Position numbers and translations under genes: made by a program. Of a stretch of 64,000 nt of DNA, positions 1 through 11,765 are shown in pieces; the stretch's first letter is position 1; every line of letters begins with the position of its first letter. The DNA is from Hydrolagus colliei. Its lineage: Eukaryota. Location of the stretch: the NCBI GenBank assembly GCA_035084275.1, contig CM068759.1, forward strand, positions 2,418,001 to 2,482,000. Reading direction: 5' to 3'. The notes under the pieces were generated by a model. The model ran no database searches and was not told the origin of the DNA. It saw only the letters and a list, made by a program, of their open reading frames with translations.

Positions 1-65
1 GTGTTACGTGGAATGTGGGGGGAATTATCTTTTAAGAACTAATGATGTACCTTAATTGCACCTAC

Positions 66-472
66 CATAAACATATGATTCAAGCAACAAATCAGAAAAT
101 CCGTGGAATAAAGTGTTTGCTCGGGATGAAAGTCTCTACCGTACATATGTCTTTTATGAGCTGATTCTGGAATGTATCACTGTTATAACCAAAATCAATA
201 TATCCACTGAGGAACAGATATATCCATAAATGTCTAAGAGGAGGTGATGTTCTTTTGGTGACAAAGCATGACTGGAAGACACAAGGTTCTGTAAATTGAA
301 CGTCAGAGCACTGAGGATATCATTGAAATCTATTTGACAGGAACTACGATAGATGGCGAACAAGTTTTTCAATTCATGGTCACAACAGGACAGGCGTGAG
401 AGGACAGTGAAACATTGATAACACAAATATTCTAGTTGTGTTTCTGATGGACCCGAGGATTTAGGGCATTTT
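66..472 (-). pseudogene. Unit 3 exon relic (~KIAA0825 aa 630-720)
   Basis: AG at 473-474, GTAGGT donor at 65. LEYLCYQCF vs recalled IQMWHYFCW. After frameshifts, HMYGRDFHPEQTLYSTDFLICCLNHM vs SRYARAHPS...TTILICTENMLW. Confidence 0.6.
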
Positions 473-770
473 CTTTAATTGAGTTATGTTTTGGTTTTAA
501 AAAGAAACAGAACAGTTGATTGTTTTTTTTAAAAAAACAGTGAGTCAGAATGAAAACCACAGAGCGGAGATTGGAAAATAAAGATTTCTCCATAAAATCT
601 TATAGACAACATTTAAAAAAAAAACGATTTGAAAACATGAAAGCATATTAAATACAATGATACACTTAAGGAAAGATTTTCAGTCTTGTTATGCCTCAAT
701 CGTACTGACTTAATGACCAAACAAAAATTGGTCCAAATCTGAGTGTGCCCAGCGATCAGCTGGAAATTAC

Positions 771-876
771 ATGTTTCTGAATAGATTCAATGACGGTACT
801 GGTATTCTTAGATACAATTCTCTACTGATAACAGTCCTGGCTTTTTCAAACTGTTACCGGTGGTTCGTTACCTTCT
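771..876 (-). pseudogene. Small exon relic, unit 3
   Basis: TTTGTGTTCTGCAG acceptor and GTAATT donor. Stops in all frames and no clear motif; assigned by position. Confidence 0.35.
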
Positions 877-1063
877 CTGCAGAACACAAAGCAGACCATT
901 AGATGAATGAAACGAGACTTAAATGCAACATTTTCTCAAAGTTGTGCTTCCGTCTTAAAAAAAACTGCACGTCGTTGAAATAATTACCCAATGCATCTGC
1001 TATTTTTGATAACACGATCCTTTCCTTCTGTCTTTTCTCTCCTGTCCCCAACAAGCACTTAAC

Positions 1064-2279
1064 CACATGATCAGGAATGGGTCAAATGTATTGTTGATAA
1101 CGGCGATGCAAAGGCATCAATGATGTTGAATTTTTTTTCGTCACGCTTTTTGATGGCAGATGGATCCATTTAAAACTTTATTTTCATTTGAAGTCCAACG
1201 TCATTTAGCAGAACCGTTCCTTCCTTCCAGTAAATTACTTTGAAATGCTAGACCTCGGTTGAAGACTGACGCCTTCCTTGGTCTGTGGTAGTAGTTCACT
1301 GAGTGAATAAACAAGCAACAAGGCTTGATGGAGCTCTTTAAAATTCTGTCTGTGATTCAAATGGCGAACGTGTTCTCATAACAAGTCACTCAAATGTTTG
1401 TAGTTGCATTTGAGAACATTTTTACATATTGCCAGCGTTGACATCGATACACATCGCCTTTCACACCGGGAGGATGTCACAAGGCTCTGGACAGACAGGA
1501 ATTCAGACACAAGCTGGGGGTAGAGATTGGAGAAGGTGGAATGCAGGGGTTGGAAGGAAGTTAGTTGAAAGTACAGTCAAGGGGGGATGGCCTCGTGGTG
1601 GGTCTTGAAGGAGGCGAGGGATGAGGTGAGGCGGAGGGACTGTGGGATGGAGTTCCAGAGGGTTGGGGCAGAATGGCTGAAGTCCCACCTGCCAATGGCG
1701 GAATGGGCGAGGCGGGGGAAACGTGAAGCGGGTCGGAGCCCGCCGAGCAGAGTGAGTGGGCAGAATGGGGTGGGGGGGTTAGAAGGTTGCATAAGTAGTG
1801 GGGAGTGAGGCCATGGAGGGCTTCGAAGGTCAGTAAGGCAGTAGGCGCATACTGTAGGCGCAGTGAACTTTTGTTGAGACAGATGGCAAGAGCAAAAGGC
1901 ATTAAAGGCAAACAATACGCACGATGCTTCCTGTGGTCATAGGGTTATGGTTTACAAAAGGGCACTGATGCAGATCTGTGGAATATGGTCTAATTATTCA
2001 ACGAAACCATGGCAAAAGCAATGAAAACATGGAGCTATTGTGAGTCCCAACTATACAAATTGAAAAAACACCACTTGATTATTATGTTAATGGTACATTA
2101 ATAAGCAATTTTCGTTTTTTGACTCCACAGCTTTCCAATGAAAGTGCAGCCTTTCATTGATATCCAACTTTCCAGTTTCGCATTCCCTGATCCCCAGACC
2201 CCCCCTGGAGTTCTTCGATGACTTTGGGGGGATTTTTGACATCCTGACTTCCCGACTTGTGACTTCATTTTCAAAACCG
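1064..2279 (-). pseudogene. Unit 3 exon relic (~aa 390-620), split by an L2 insertion
   Basis: LHFHWKAV vs LDFGWRSA; MPFALAICL vs MLPLALAC; protein-like LAICKNVLKCNYKHLSDLL*EHVRHLNHRQNFKELHQALLLVYSL. Confidence 0.6.
1452..1842 (-). mobile_element. L2 LINE 3' fragment inserted in an exon relic
   Basis: Minus translation LLTFEALHGLTPHYLCNLL ... DFSHSAPTLWNSIPQSLR...SLASFK is a typical L2 ORF2 C-terminus, followed by a degenerate L2 tail. Confidence 0.85.
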
Positions 2280-2445
2280 CTTAAACATCCATTTGAAAAG
2301 AGAGACAGCAAAGTCAGACACAAGATCATCTGTGAACTATTCTTAAAAATAATTGCCTACAAAGCAAAACAGTGCTTGAGGTTCACATTGTCAAGTAGAG
2401 CTTAGAAAACAGCGACGACAGAAAAGGGATTCCTACCAAACATAC

Positions 2446-3565
2446 CAACATAAACATCACTTTGGATTTTTCTATTTTCTACTTTTATACATAAGTGTTG
2501 GACAAGCCTCTTGAGTTTTAAAAACTAGTGACTTGCTTTGAATGTGGAATTGAAATATCCCCTCAGTGCGCCTCCCCTTTGTTGAGGCACTGGCTGTCAA
2601 TTCTAAGGAGTAAAGAATGTTTGTGACAAAGCTTTGGACCTTTGAACAGATGGTAACCTTACACTGAATGTCAGGGTACAAGCTCCCTAGCAGTATGCAG
2701 GCTTCCTGATTAAACTTTAATGTGAATGTACAGCTGTTGAACAAGCCTGCCCACAGACTGTTATTCAGCAAACAAGGGGCATGTCTAGACCAGGCAATGT
2801 GCAAACGTTAAAAGAAATGGATTTTGACTTGTTTGCAAACATTTGCTATACTTCTCAATATTGTCAGTCAAAACTGATTTACGAATTGCACTGTGGTCGA
2901 TTAAGTGTTTTTAATTTACAGCAGCAACATAATGTGTCTTGCAGGGGAAAAAAGTGACAGGAGAGAGATCTTTCTAAATCCTTTATAAACTTACAGGGTT
3001 TGACCGTGTTTCTTATTGTACTGCGGTGATTCTTTTCAGTAATATTTTACGACAGCGGTGAGATGGACATGCTTTGTTGATGGTACTTTTGGTGGGATTC
3101 GCTCATGTTTCAACACTATGATAGGTGTTAGTAGAGGAGCTGAAAGAAAACATTTGATGCACTGGTAAGTGTTTCTGAGTGCGGTTAACATGTTATTTTA
3201 TAAATCAGCCCGCAGACTGGTAAGAAAAGCACCATGGAAACCAACTGCTCAGAGACACAATCCCAGGCAGTATTCTGCTTGTTGACATGCTCTTCTGATT
3301 GGCACAGAGTTGGTTTATTATCATTTGTATTTAGGATTAGGAGAGTTGGAGAAAAGTAATGAAGCACAGTATACATCAGTCAAGGTGGAAAATTTCATCT
3401 TATTGTCTCTATAAAGGAAGAAAGATCACCTTGAACTTAAATGTGCCAACTCAGTCCCAATTTGCGTGTTCAAGAACATCCTTAGTTAGACTTCAGGTTG
3501 CCTATAGAAGGAGTGAGGTTCATAGAAGGAGTCCATATGACCATTTCTGGTCAATGTTCTCTTAG
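2446..3565 (-). pseudogene. Unit 3 large N-terminal exon relic (~aa 55-390)
   Basis: TTTTCTGCAG acceptor. QGDLSSFIETIR vs HGDLIKFFKTLQ; AWDCVSEQL vs MWDDIRLHL; VQSFVTNILYSLELT vs VQELFDEILLSLKIT. Confidence 0.7.
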
Positions 3566-3915
3566 CTGCAGAAAATTGACAACCAGTACTTGGCTAATTT
3601 GTAATTTAATGAAGTTGAGCAAATAATATTTACAAATGGTGGACAAAATAAATGTAATCCTAAGTGTTAAACTAATATAAAATATTCATGTGGTTTTCAC
3701 TCTAAAGTCAAGGCTGTGTGACTCGGGTTTCAATCATGCTCATGCGTTTTTTTTTAAATCGTTCTTTTTTCCAAACGCTGCCAGAATAAATCTCAGATAT
3801 ATCAGCTCCAGAAAAAGACAAGGATGCTGTGTGTATGTTTTTTTTTAAAAGTCTTGAACCGATATGTTAAATACTATATGTTTGACATTGAAAGTGAAAT
3901 CATAGATTTACTTAC

Positions 3916-4445
3916 ATAAGCCAAACACATCATATATGGAGTAAAATAATACTCAACTCATAAATATTTCCAAACCACAGCATGCATTATGGAACACTGC
4001 GTAGGAATAGACTGCCATACCAATTGCATTGTCAAATAACCATTGACATTTAAAAGTAAGACAACAGTAAGTGATATGGCTCAAGTCTAAGTATACACAG
4101 CGCCTGCCACTTATGTCAAGGCAAGACAAGATTGTGTTACAAATAGAGTCTAGGAAGATCTGGTCTGTTCTTCACGAGTAGGATTGAGTGCAAGATCAAT
4201 TACTCAATGAAGCTTGCCAAGTACAACAATCAATTGTGTGCTCAATACCATAAATTGGTACCAGCTTATCCAGAAACACAGTTGTGTCTATATTTTATAC
4301 CCAGATTTGCCAATGATGGTAATTATGAAGAGCATGACAATTGTGGTCACAGAATCCTTTACAAGAAAGTTGATTGGAAGAGCGATAGGGAAGGATCGAT
4401 TGAGAAACAGATTTCCCAAAGACTTGACATACGTTGAAACCATTT
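3916..4445 (-). pseudogene. Half-unit B exon relic (~aa 860-1050)
   Basis: GTAAGT donor at 3915. VKSLGNLFL vs PQSLGDVFM; VKDSVTTIV vs IKDTVQQIV; STQLIVVLGKLH*VI vs TAQAVSIVISKLPTVI. Confidence 0.65.
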
Positions 4446-4884
4446 TAAAAAAAATAGATTTAAAAATCTATTGCAATCTGGCTAAATTACTTTCTGAATT
4501 TTTTTTTAAAAACCATTGATTTAAAACAATGAAATGACTGCTTCAGAAGTAAGGTTAGTTGACGGTCTTAATATCTTCCGTGGACTAGAATCTGAAACAA
4601 TACCGAAAGGAAGAGTTTAGCTTTGAATTTACTGATCATTTAAACTGTGCAAAATCACATAATCATTTCAGGATTGGATCCCCGAGGCTCAAAATACAGC
4701 CTGCTCTTAGCCTCAAAGCCAACTTCTTAAAATTGAAGGATTCTGCAACATTTTTGATGGGATAAAATAAATTCATTCTTAACTGCAAAGCCTGTTTTTT
4801 TAGACCACAAATTCTTAAAGGCATATCTTGGTTACATTCCTTTGAATATGTTCAGGAGAATGGAGAGAAAGGTTACATCAGTGG

Positions 4885-5480
4885 ATGGTTAACCTGGCTC
4901 AGTGGGTGGCTTTCCCAACACTGAGTTACAAGGGTTTGGGTTTAAGATCCATGTCAGGGTTTTAACATGAATAATAATCCTCGCATTCACGTCTTCTAGA
5001 TGTCTCAAAGCGCGTCACAAATATATTATAAAATCAATTGACTGTATATTTGTGGGTGAAACACAGCAGCCAATTACGCACAACAGTCTCCCAAACAGTC
5101 GTGGATTGAGTGAACAATTTATTATTAGTATTATTGTTATTGTTTTTTGAGGGATTATTATTAGGTGTGTTAAGTAAAGACACAAGGTTTGACAAGGTTT
5201 CGCCCTGCTTGGAACTGAACCCAGGTCTCTCACTTGCAAGTCGAGTGCTCTAACCACTGAGCTGCCTGAGCTGCCCATTCAGGTCTTTGGACTTATACAG
5301 TCGATTCTGACATTCCATCGCAGTGATGGGTGTTGTATGCTGTATTAATGGAGACACATTAATTTTTTTTCCTATGGAGACACACTAAACCTAGGTCCCA
5401 TCTATCTATTCAGGTGGGTGTTAAATTTCCCATGATATTACTGTATTTGAAAAGAGAAGGGAGTTTCCTCACCTAGCTCC
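4885..5480 (+). mobile_element. Old Deu-domain SINE (SacSINE1/AmnSINE-like), split by a younger SINE
   Basis: Head GGCTCAGTGGGT... near 4896; Deu 5' core (TAAACCTAGGTCCCATCTATCTATTCAGGTGG...GAAAAGAGAAGGGAGTT) at ~5385-5470. Confidence 0.6.
4972..5275 (-). mobile_element. Young tRNA-head/Deu/L2-tail SINE, near full length
   Basis: Reverse strand reads CTCAGTGGTTAGAGCACTCG...GGTTCAGTTCC (A/B boxes), Deu motif AATTGGCTGC, tail GCGCTTTGAGACATCTAGAAGACGTG. Confidence 0.9.
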
Positions 5481-5809
5481 CTAATCACCAAAGAGTAATC
5501 TCAAAGATCTCCTCCTTACATTAAAATGTATCTTCCTTGCATTTTCCAGTGGCTTTACCAACTTTCAGTCGCTTTGCCACCTTCACGTTTGTCTTCCTGT
5601 TACCACTTTAAAAGCCATCTGTAAATAATTATAAATGCACAAGTTATAATTGCTATTCTGCAACATAGGGAAAAATTTTAACCTTTATACTGCATTTAAA
5701 ATATTGAAGTATGCAGATAAATGCAAGAGCAATAAGCTTTTACGTTATTTGTTCAGTGATTTGCAATGTTATATAAATTATACAGCCTGGGAATTTTGCT
5801 AGGTGCTAC

Positions 5810-6194
5810 CTGTCAGAGGAGATGCCAGATGGAGATGTGCAATTTAACTGATGTGATTTATGGCTGCCATAATATGTATTTTTGTTTATGGGTTCATTGC
5901 TTCAGTCCTTTTAATTCTAATCAACAGATATGATTCCAGAATTAAAAGGGACTCCGAAGGCGATGTACACACACTGCTGATTTTCAGCATTCCTTGACAA
6001 GGTTCCAAATGCAACTTCGATTATGGCCCTCTTCAGTCGTTTAGATTGAACTCCCGCCTTAAGTGAGTGAGCCTTTTAATGACAGTTCGTGATTCGACTA
6101 GGCTAATTTGTGTCGATGTGAACCCGAGATTAGATTCTTCTAACTCGGAAAGGGTTTTTTCGAATGTTTTATTTGACTTCAGTTTTATGGAAAG
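5810..6194 (-). pseudogene. Half-unit B candidate exon relic
   Basis: GGTCTCAG acceptor, GTAGCA donor, open protein-like stretch LKSNKTFEKTLSELEESNLGF...; homology weak. Confidence 0.4.
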
Positions 6195-6446
6195 CTGAGA
6201 CCATAAGTGAATTAGTAAAAAGCAGAATTTCCTTACGAGAAATTCTGAGATACAAGTGCACATTTATATCTGTATCAAAGATCTGGCAAAGGTTCAGTCA
6301 AAGGAATTTATTAGTGCCTACCTGATCTATGCTCAGGATTTACACAACTCTGATTGCTACCTTTGACACTCACATGTTGTCCTTTTCTGGTACATCCATT
6401 CTTCCTGCTGCCTGTATTGCAGTGACTAATGACATAAGCACCTAAC

Positions 6447-6664
6447 CCTCTGTGTCTTCAAGAGTATTGTATGGCAAGATTGGTTATTAGGCAAACAATA
6501 TGGTAGGAGTTCACTTGACAATCGGTTTCTATAGAGAGGGTTATTCAATCATTTGACACAGAAAGCAAGAAGTTTGTTGACAAATGATTTGCTGTGACAA
6601 ATGTGGTTTTAAAGAAGAACTCTGAGTCAGTACATGAGATACTGATGAGACTTTACATAAGAGT
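6447..6664 (-). pseudogene. Half-unit B exon relic (~aa 725-790)
   Basis: AAAACAG acceptor, GTTAGG donor. KSFVNKLLAFCVK*LNNPL vs HTHCNNLFTTLVILTSPL. Confidence 0.45.
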
Positions 6665-7834
6665 CTGTTTTACAGTATATATACATTTATTGAATAGTAA
6701 GAGAAGTTACGGTAATAGTAATCAATTTATTCTTAACACTGGTAAAACAAAGTTTAATTTTGTGAGGTTGTTACCTTGGCTACTTCCAATTACTTTACTG
6801 TGTTCTGTATAGGTAGTTACTATTCAGTGATTCGAAAGCAACCACAATCTACATGTGGTGCTTCTTTGAAAATCGCCTTCAGTACAGAAATATTGAGGTT
6901 GTAGCTAGACCAGGATAACTGAATCCAACTGATTTAACTTAATAATACTCGACAGCCTTGCACTGAATGAGCAACATGACTCGAAGGCAACAATAAAATA
7001 TGCAGTTTTTGGCCTAGAATGGTGAGACATGTGTAATCACCGAATTAAACTCTACAAATGTACAGTTTTGTACTCTGTACTCTGAAATGATTTCCTGGGA
7101 TTTGGAGGCTTTATAGTGCATGGCTCGAAAGCAGTCACGTAACCTTCACTCTGTGCTAGCCGCCAGTCAATGCCGAAATGTAATGGGCCCGTTTCCACTG
7201 AATTCACCATCTGCTCTTAAGATAGGAGATCGCATATTTAAGTTCAAGGGTGACATTGTATTCGAGGCCGAGGGAATTAACATTTGGAGCAAAAGGCAAA
7301 TGAACTTGCTAAACTTTGAAAGAAGAAAAAAAAACTATGGTGATAACATTTATAATTTATATGTAATAAATTAAAGTGACATGTACAACATAAAAAGTTT
7401 ACGCTGTAACAAAATGGAACATGATCTTCCTTATCCTAATCTGTGCTTGGGTCAACCTCAGTTTTCCAGAAAGTATTTAACCTTTTGAACCCTTTAAATC
7501 CGCAGAATTAATCCAGATGGAAGTTCTTTCTTATACAACCAGGGCGATACCTCTACTATTTAAATAAATACTCTTCAGTTTAATATGTCAGAGTGCATTT
7601 TCTTCAAATCTGACCTTCCGGGGAGAATGTCAGAAAGGATCCTTATATTTTTCTTTCAACTGTTAACAGAATAATGAAATGATGCAAAGTGGGAAGATTT
7701 TAATTCGATGACTTAATACACTAAACACCTAGCCTGTTACTTGATCAAATGGGCCCAGCAGGAAACAGAGAACCATTTCACAAATTCTTCAGATTCCCAG
7801 CATCTGTAGTATTTTGTGTTTTATTCACAAATTC

Positions 7835-8030
7835 TCAAGATAGGTTTCGATGAAAAAGACCCTTTAGCTCATTTGATTTTTTCCCTCACAGAATACCTAC
7901 CGTACCGATTTCCCGTCAAAGCATCAAGCTTCTTGTTTTTTAATCATTGAATCCAGTGTCCTGACCTCAACCACCCATCCTGCCAATCAGTTCCAGTTAC
8001 TAATTACCTGCTGGCTAACAAATACTACTT
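7835..8030 (-). mobile_element. Degenerate CR1 LINE 3' end
   Basis: Reverse-complement similarity to the CR1 ends at 36870-37090 and 49120-49345. Confidence 0.5.
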
Positions 8031-8559
8031 CCAACACACAGCAGTTTTTATATATTTGATTTTGTATCTCTCTGTCTGTGACAGCTTGCTTTACTTAACT
8101 GAATATCTGCGTCTTGCCTAGCAACGTTTGTTTTGTGCACAGAAATGAAGTGATTTGTCCTTTTTTCGTCAGCTAGTTATTAAACTGTGTTCAGTTACAA
8201 GTCATGCAAATGTGCAGGGACAGAGCTGTACAGCTTTGTAACCTCTCTACTACCTGTTAGCCTGACAGCAGGTATGTGCAAAGTTATGGGTCAAACAACA
8301 CAGACAATGTGGAACCATTAGTTAGGATATAAAAGTGATTAAATTTGGCTGAAACACAACCGAGCCCAGGTGTTCTCGATGGGTAAATGGGTGGTGGGCC
8401 AAACTGGCATGAAATAAGAGAACAGTTCAAGAGAAATAATATTTGCATTATATTAACAGTCTCTAAGTGCTGGACAAGTTTGGCCAATTGAAGTTAGTAG
8501 TTCTGAATTATGTGCTGTAGAGAATGCTTAATTTATTTGACTTGGTCCTTGTTCATCAC

Positions 8560-8845
8560 CCTCAGTAGTGAAAAATGAACTGAAGAACCGTTTACAGCCT
8601 TATGCCATGAAATGCTGGTTCAAAGGATATCGGATTCTTTGATGCCATAAACTGGCTGATGTACTTGACACCTGCTTTGCTGCTTCAATTTGAGAACCTT
8701 ACGAAATGCTCGTTGGGTTTTCGCTCCAACTGTTGGAATAAACCGCACTTTGAGATAGAGCATTTGTCCTTTAATCAGGAATTCATACAAAATCCCTTGT
8801 GTATCCCTTTCCTGGCTTGAACATATGTTCTCTATGTTTCTCGAA
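8560..8845 (-). pseudogene. Half-unit B exon relic (~aa 650-700)
   Basis: CTCTGTATTTCTAG acceptor. QGILYEFLIK vs QEILVEVLEK. Confidence 0.55.
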
Positions 8846-9105
8846 CTAGAAATACAGAGCAAGGTTGTACTGTATAAAACAATGTTGCGTCTGCTTCACA
8901 AAAGGACTTGTGTTTAATGGCTGCTAGTCGGTAGTGGATTTTGTTTGGTTCCCAAGAACACTTGAGCGTAATTTTAAACCCCTTGAAAATTGCATTATTC
9001 CAACGAGCAGCAAATATAATCTACTTCTACACTTGAAGTCAATTTCCACAATTTCCTTTTGTGCCGTGTCATGGGATTTGTTTTTACCGCACTTCATTCA
9101 CTCAC

Positions 9106-9267
9106 TGAAAATGTGTTCTTTTCGGCGTACAAAAACGTACTGGCTTGTAACCTCCCCAAAAATGTACTGGCTTGTCCTGCACCATGATATCTATGGATGG
9201 TGACACACAGCTTTGCGGTTTAACATTTCCATTTGCTTGGCCTGTTCCACATCCCATCTGTGGGAAG
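9106..9267 (-). pseudogene. Unit 2 last exon relic (~aa 1240-1270)
   Basis: TTTTCTTCAAAG acceptor, GTGAGT donor. SHRWDVEQAKQMEMLNRKAVCHH vs KNRWEMKKDETLEEEEKAILEH. Confidence 0.6.
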
Positions 9268-11220
9268 CTTTGAAGAAAATACACACAAGAACATCAGCGC
9301 TGCCCGAAAATGTAATATCTTAGCCAACTAGACTGAACTCTCTGTGGTGTGTTTCTTTCTGATGGATTGCAATGGACAGAGGTTGGCAGACACATACTGG
9401 AAACATTGGTGATATAAATAAAATAGATTTTCTCTTTTGATTATGTCGGTGCACAAGAAGGGAACATGAGGAATAGGAGAGAACCAAACATACAGCCCCA
9501 GGGTATGTCAGAGGTGACTGCACAAGCATGGGAAGAGAAATCATTATATATGGTGCAGTGATGGGCAGTAGACAGGTGGGAATGGATCATGAAAGCGCAT
9601 TGTCACAGAAGTGGACTACAGAGGAGAATGAAAAGATCAAAATAAAGCAACAGGGATAGAGAATCTTCACAAGGTTCAGTGCGATAGCTTATTTCTCGTG
9701 GACCACAAGGGCAGAAACAAAAGGCATAGGTTTGTGATTGTAAAAGCTTCAGACAGGATTAACCGTATTAAGAATTAGTTTTTCCCATAAATTAGTGGTT
9801 AATGTGGAACCGGTTTCCAAGAAAATCAGTGATGCTGTTCAACAAGTGTGAATTTCAATGCTTCAGCAAATTGTTAGCCAGTAGAAAGAGTATCATGTGG
9901 TATTATTTTGACCAACACACTTCCATATTATTGTAACTGGTATACTAGATGCAATCAGATGTTTTACTTGCTGATATAACAACAATAACTTGCATTTATA
10001 TAGCGTCTCTCATGCATCCCAGAGAACTTGACAGCAGCAGAGCAAGAGACCGAAATATACAAAACGTATGCTGTTCAGTTCGAATTTGGTCCTTAGTTTC
10101 CATTCAGAAGGCTAGTTAAACATATATGAAATTATTTTTATTCTGCCTGTGTGGTCTTCAACCACAAACAAACAGATTTGCACCACCAATCATGAGAAAA
10201 AAAGAGATATTTTCACAAATTTGGCTCTTTTGGTACTGCTAGTACTTGAGACAAACCCCAAAAGATAAATCTTGAGTGAGTTTTTTCTTGTTTTAATGTT
10301 TTTGATGCGATGGGATCTTGCAATTGAACTCCCTGGTATTTTGCAATCAAGTACTAAAAGAGCAACAACAACAACAAAATTACATTGAAAGAACGCATAA
10401 TATATAGCGCAAACAACAACTCTGATTTATATAGCGCCCTCCATGCTGGACAGCGTCTCAAAGCGATTCAGGCTTAGATTATTTACTTTCCCACATCAGT
10501 AATGATCACAGATCTTAAAAGATTAAACTTGTACCAATGACTTCTTGGCCAGTTTGTGTGCAAATAGATTCAACTGACCTACACTGCAGGATCATAATAC
10601 ACAGAGGATAGAAGACCTAGAAATAAGACTTGTTAAATAATGAATGCTGCAGTATTTCACCCTCTCCAACCTGTAAATTTATGATTGAAATTGTAGACCA
10701 ACTGTTATGTTCTCTTTACATATTTGCCATTCTGCCAAACTGTTTGCTGGTTTGTTGTATATTCTTTTTTTTAAAAAAGAAATACAATTCAATCGAGTCT
10801 ATGATGTGAGTGTATCTGAACGTCACATTGGAAGTAAGTTGCGCTAGATTCTCTGAGTGTGTTAATATCATAACAGGAGTAACAGGAGCTGTACTCTTCC
10901 ACTGATTCCACTTACTAACGCTTTATCAGAAATGTTGCACCTCAGATGCTGATATATGTGATAAATAGAAAATGGGATGAATCTTAAGCTTTAAACAGAA
11001 TGCTGATTCATTCACTTGTAACCCATCATTGTTAATTGAAACCCAACGTTTTATGAACTTGGGTACGATGTGTGAAAGCTCTGCTTGGTTGGTGTCATAA
11101 ATTGCCGCTAACGATATTCTCTTATGTATTGATGTGCAGGCATGGTTATGTACAAGCTTTTAACATCCCAATCATTTGCATAAGAGACATTCACATTCTC
11201 ACAGTCTTTGATTGTCTTAC

Positions 11221-11420
11221 ACTTGGGTTAAGCCTGCAGCAAGTCACCAGGAATGTCAGTGTGGTATTACTTTATTGCAACAAGATGTTTTGCTAGTTCC
11301 ATCCAGATACATCTACCTGTTCCAAAGTGATGGATGGTGCTGGGGAACCTCTGACATAAAAATAAGATATGGGATTGTTTTATTTTCGGCAGTTGCCAAG
11401 TTGTATTCTTCTCTCAGAGA
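11221..11420 (-). pseudogene. Unit 2 exon relic (~aa 1210-1240)
   Basis: T-rich tract plus CCAG acceptor, GTAAGA donor. CIWMELAKHL vs WNWAKLLPNY (weak). Confidence 0.45.
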
Positions 11421-11482
11421 CTGGTTCCAAAAAGGTTAAAAAAAAGAAAAAGCTATACTTTGGTAGTTGCTCTGAAAAGTCA

Positions 11483-11765
11483 ATAATAAGAAGAATTGCA
11501 TTTGATATCCCGCTTTTCATGTCTTACAGACGTCTCAAAGCGCTTCACAGAATATACTGTAAAATGAATTGACTGTATATTTATAGGCGAAACACGACAG
11601 CCAACTGCGCACAGCATTGTCCCACAAACAGTTGTGCATTCAAATAACCATAAAAATTTCAAGGGGTGTGTGGAGTAAGGAAGCTTGCCCCAGGATTTCA
11701 CCCTGCCTGGAATTGAACCCAGATCTCTCGCTTGTAAGGCGAGAGGTCTAACCACTGAGCTACAG
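11483..11765 (-). mobile_element. Young tRNA/Deu/L2-tail SINE, full length
   Basis: A/B boxes, TTTGTGGGACAATGCTGTGCGCAGTTGGCTG, L2-like tail ending in (TTA)n. Confidence 0.9.

Noticed and set aside
8560-8780. Alternative frame (LFQQLERKPN) resembling a later KIAA0825 segment, suggesting scrambled exon order
   Set aside because: The open frame gives a better and collinear match (QGILYEFLIK). This also shows the risk of chance matches in by-eye alignment.
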